From: Vermamoeba vermiformis
Taxonomy: Eukaryota
Direction of reading: 5' to 3'
Assembly (NCBI GenBank): GCA_045837725.1
Contig: JBEWZL010000053.1
Span: 124,001 to 158,781 of the forward strand
Length of the DNA stretch: 34,781 nucleotides
The notes under the pieces were generated by a model that worked only from the letters and a program-made list of their open reading frames with translations, was not told the origin of the DNA and made no database searches. Shown here one piece after another: positions 34,201 through 34,781 of the stretch. Within the stretch, counting starts at the first letter, position 1. Each line of letters begins with the position of its first letter. Made by a program: the position numbers and the translations under genes.

Positions 34201-34541
34201 CACCTGAGTCACTTGGCAGCAAACAGTACTCGACCAAGTCAGGTAAGTCTTCGCATAATATATAACCTACTCTGCCAACCTCTAACGCTGCACTCTCAGA
34301 TGTGTGGTCATTTGGTATTCTCATGTTTGAAGTGCTTGCACAACAAGAGCCTCACCTTGATGAAGATCCAATCGAAGTTGGACGCAAGATCAGAGACGAA
34401 GGACTCACACCTCAACTTCCATCATCGTTGGAGTGCTTGAGTGACTTCACATCGATCATGAATCAGTGTTGTGCATTTGATCCGAACTATCGTCCGAGTA
34501 TCGAACAAGTCCTTCAAAAACTCGAGCAGATTCCTCTATAA
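31245..34541 (+). CDS. Single-pass receptor kinase: signal peptide, Kelch/beta-propeller-like ectodomain, TM, tyrosine-kinase-like domain. Exons 31245-34242, 34300-34541
   Basis: Kelch-like LSSPRTAVSSVSIGDRVFFVGG and YVFVIGG; TM followed by RRRKRR; GQGANG, VALK, HRDLAARN, DFG, GPIRWMSPE, SDVWSFG across the single intron. Confidence 0.9.
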
Positions 34542-34781
34542 CTTGTAATCGCAATTAATAGATTAATACTGATCAGCTGATCGTTGACCAGCGGATCACA
34601 GATGAGATAATAATTCTTTGAGCAATGGAATATAACAGGCTTACATAGTACTAAATATTACTACTAATCAAAACTTCAATTATGCTTTACTCTCGATTGA
34701 AGTTCTGGATGTACCAAGTCTGATCGGAGTACAGTACAAGTTGCTTTGAATTCATGGCTAGCAAACGTCCTTTATGAAACA

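Overview
Gene-dense, intron-rich eukaryotic genomic DNA with GT-AG introns mostly ~50-70 nt, CTAAC/CTAAT-type branch points and the standard code. The gene content (GABA-B-like class C GPCRs, an HRDLAARN receptor kinase) suggests a protist, possibly an amoebozoan; that assignment is inference. I hand-spliced 13 gene models: a partial SLC35F-type transporter; three paralogous class C GPCRs whose ectodomain resembles OpuAC/ProX betaine-binding proteins; a two-unit secreted protein inside that array whose units are fused in frame through an internal anchor plus a second signal peptide; VPS4; a THEM4-like thioesterase; head-to-head EFG1 and NOL8-like genes; a tandem double Gfo/Idh/MocA (IolG-like) dehydrogenase; a head-to-head pair of an FAD oxidoreductase and a degenerate Ham1/ITPase fused to an uncharacterised twin-ExH domain; and a Kelch-ectodomain receptor tyrosine-kinase-like gene. 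Three otherwise intact genes each carry one extra base, most likely assembly indels. I found no rRNA, tRNA, CRISPR array or transposase.
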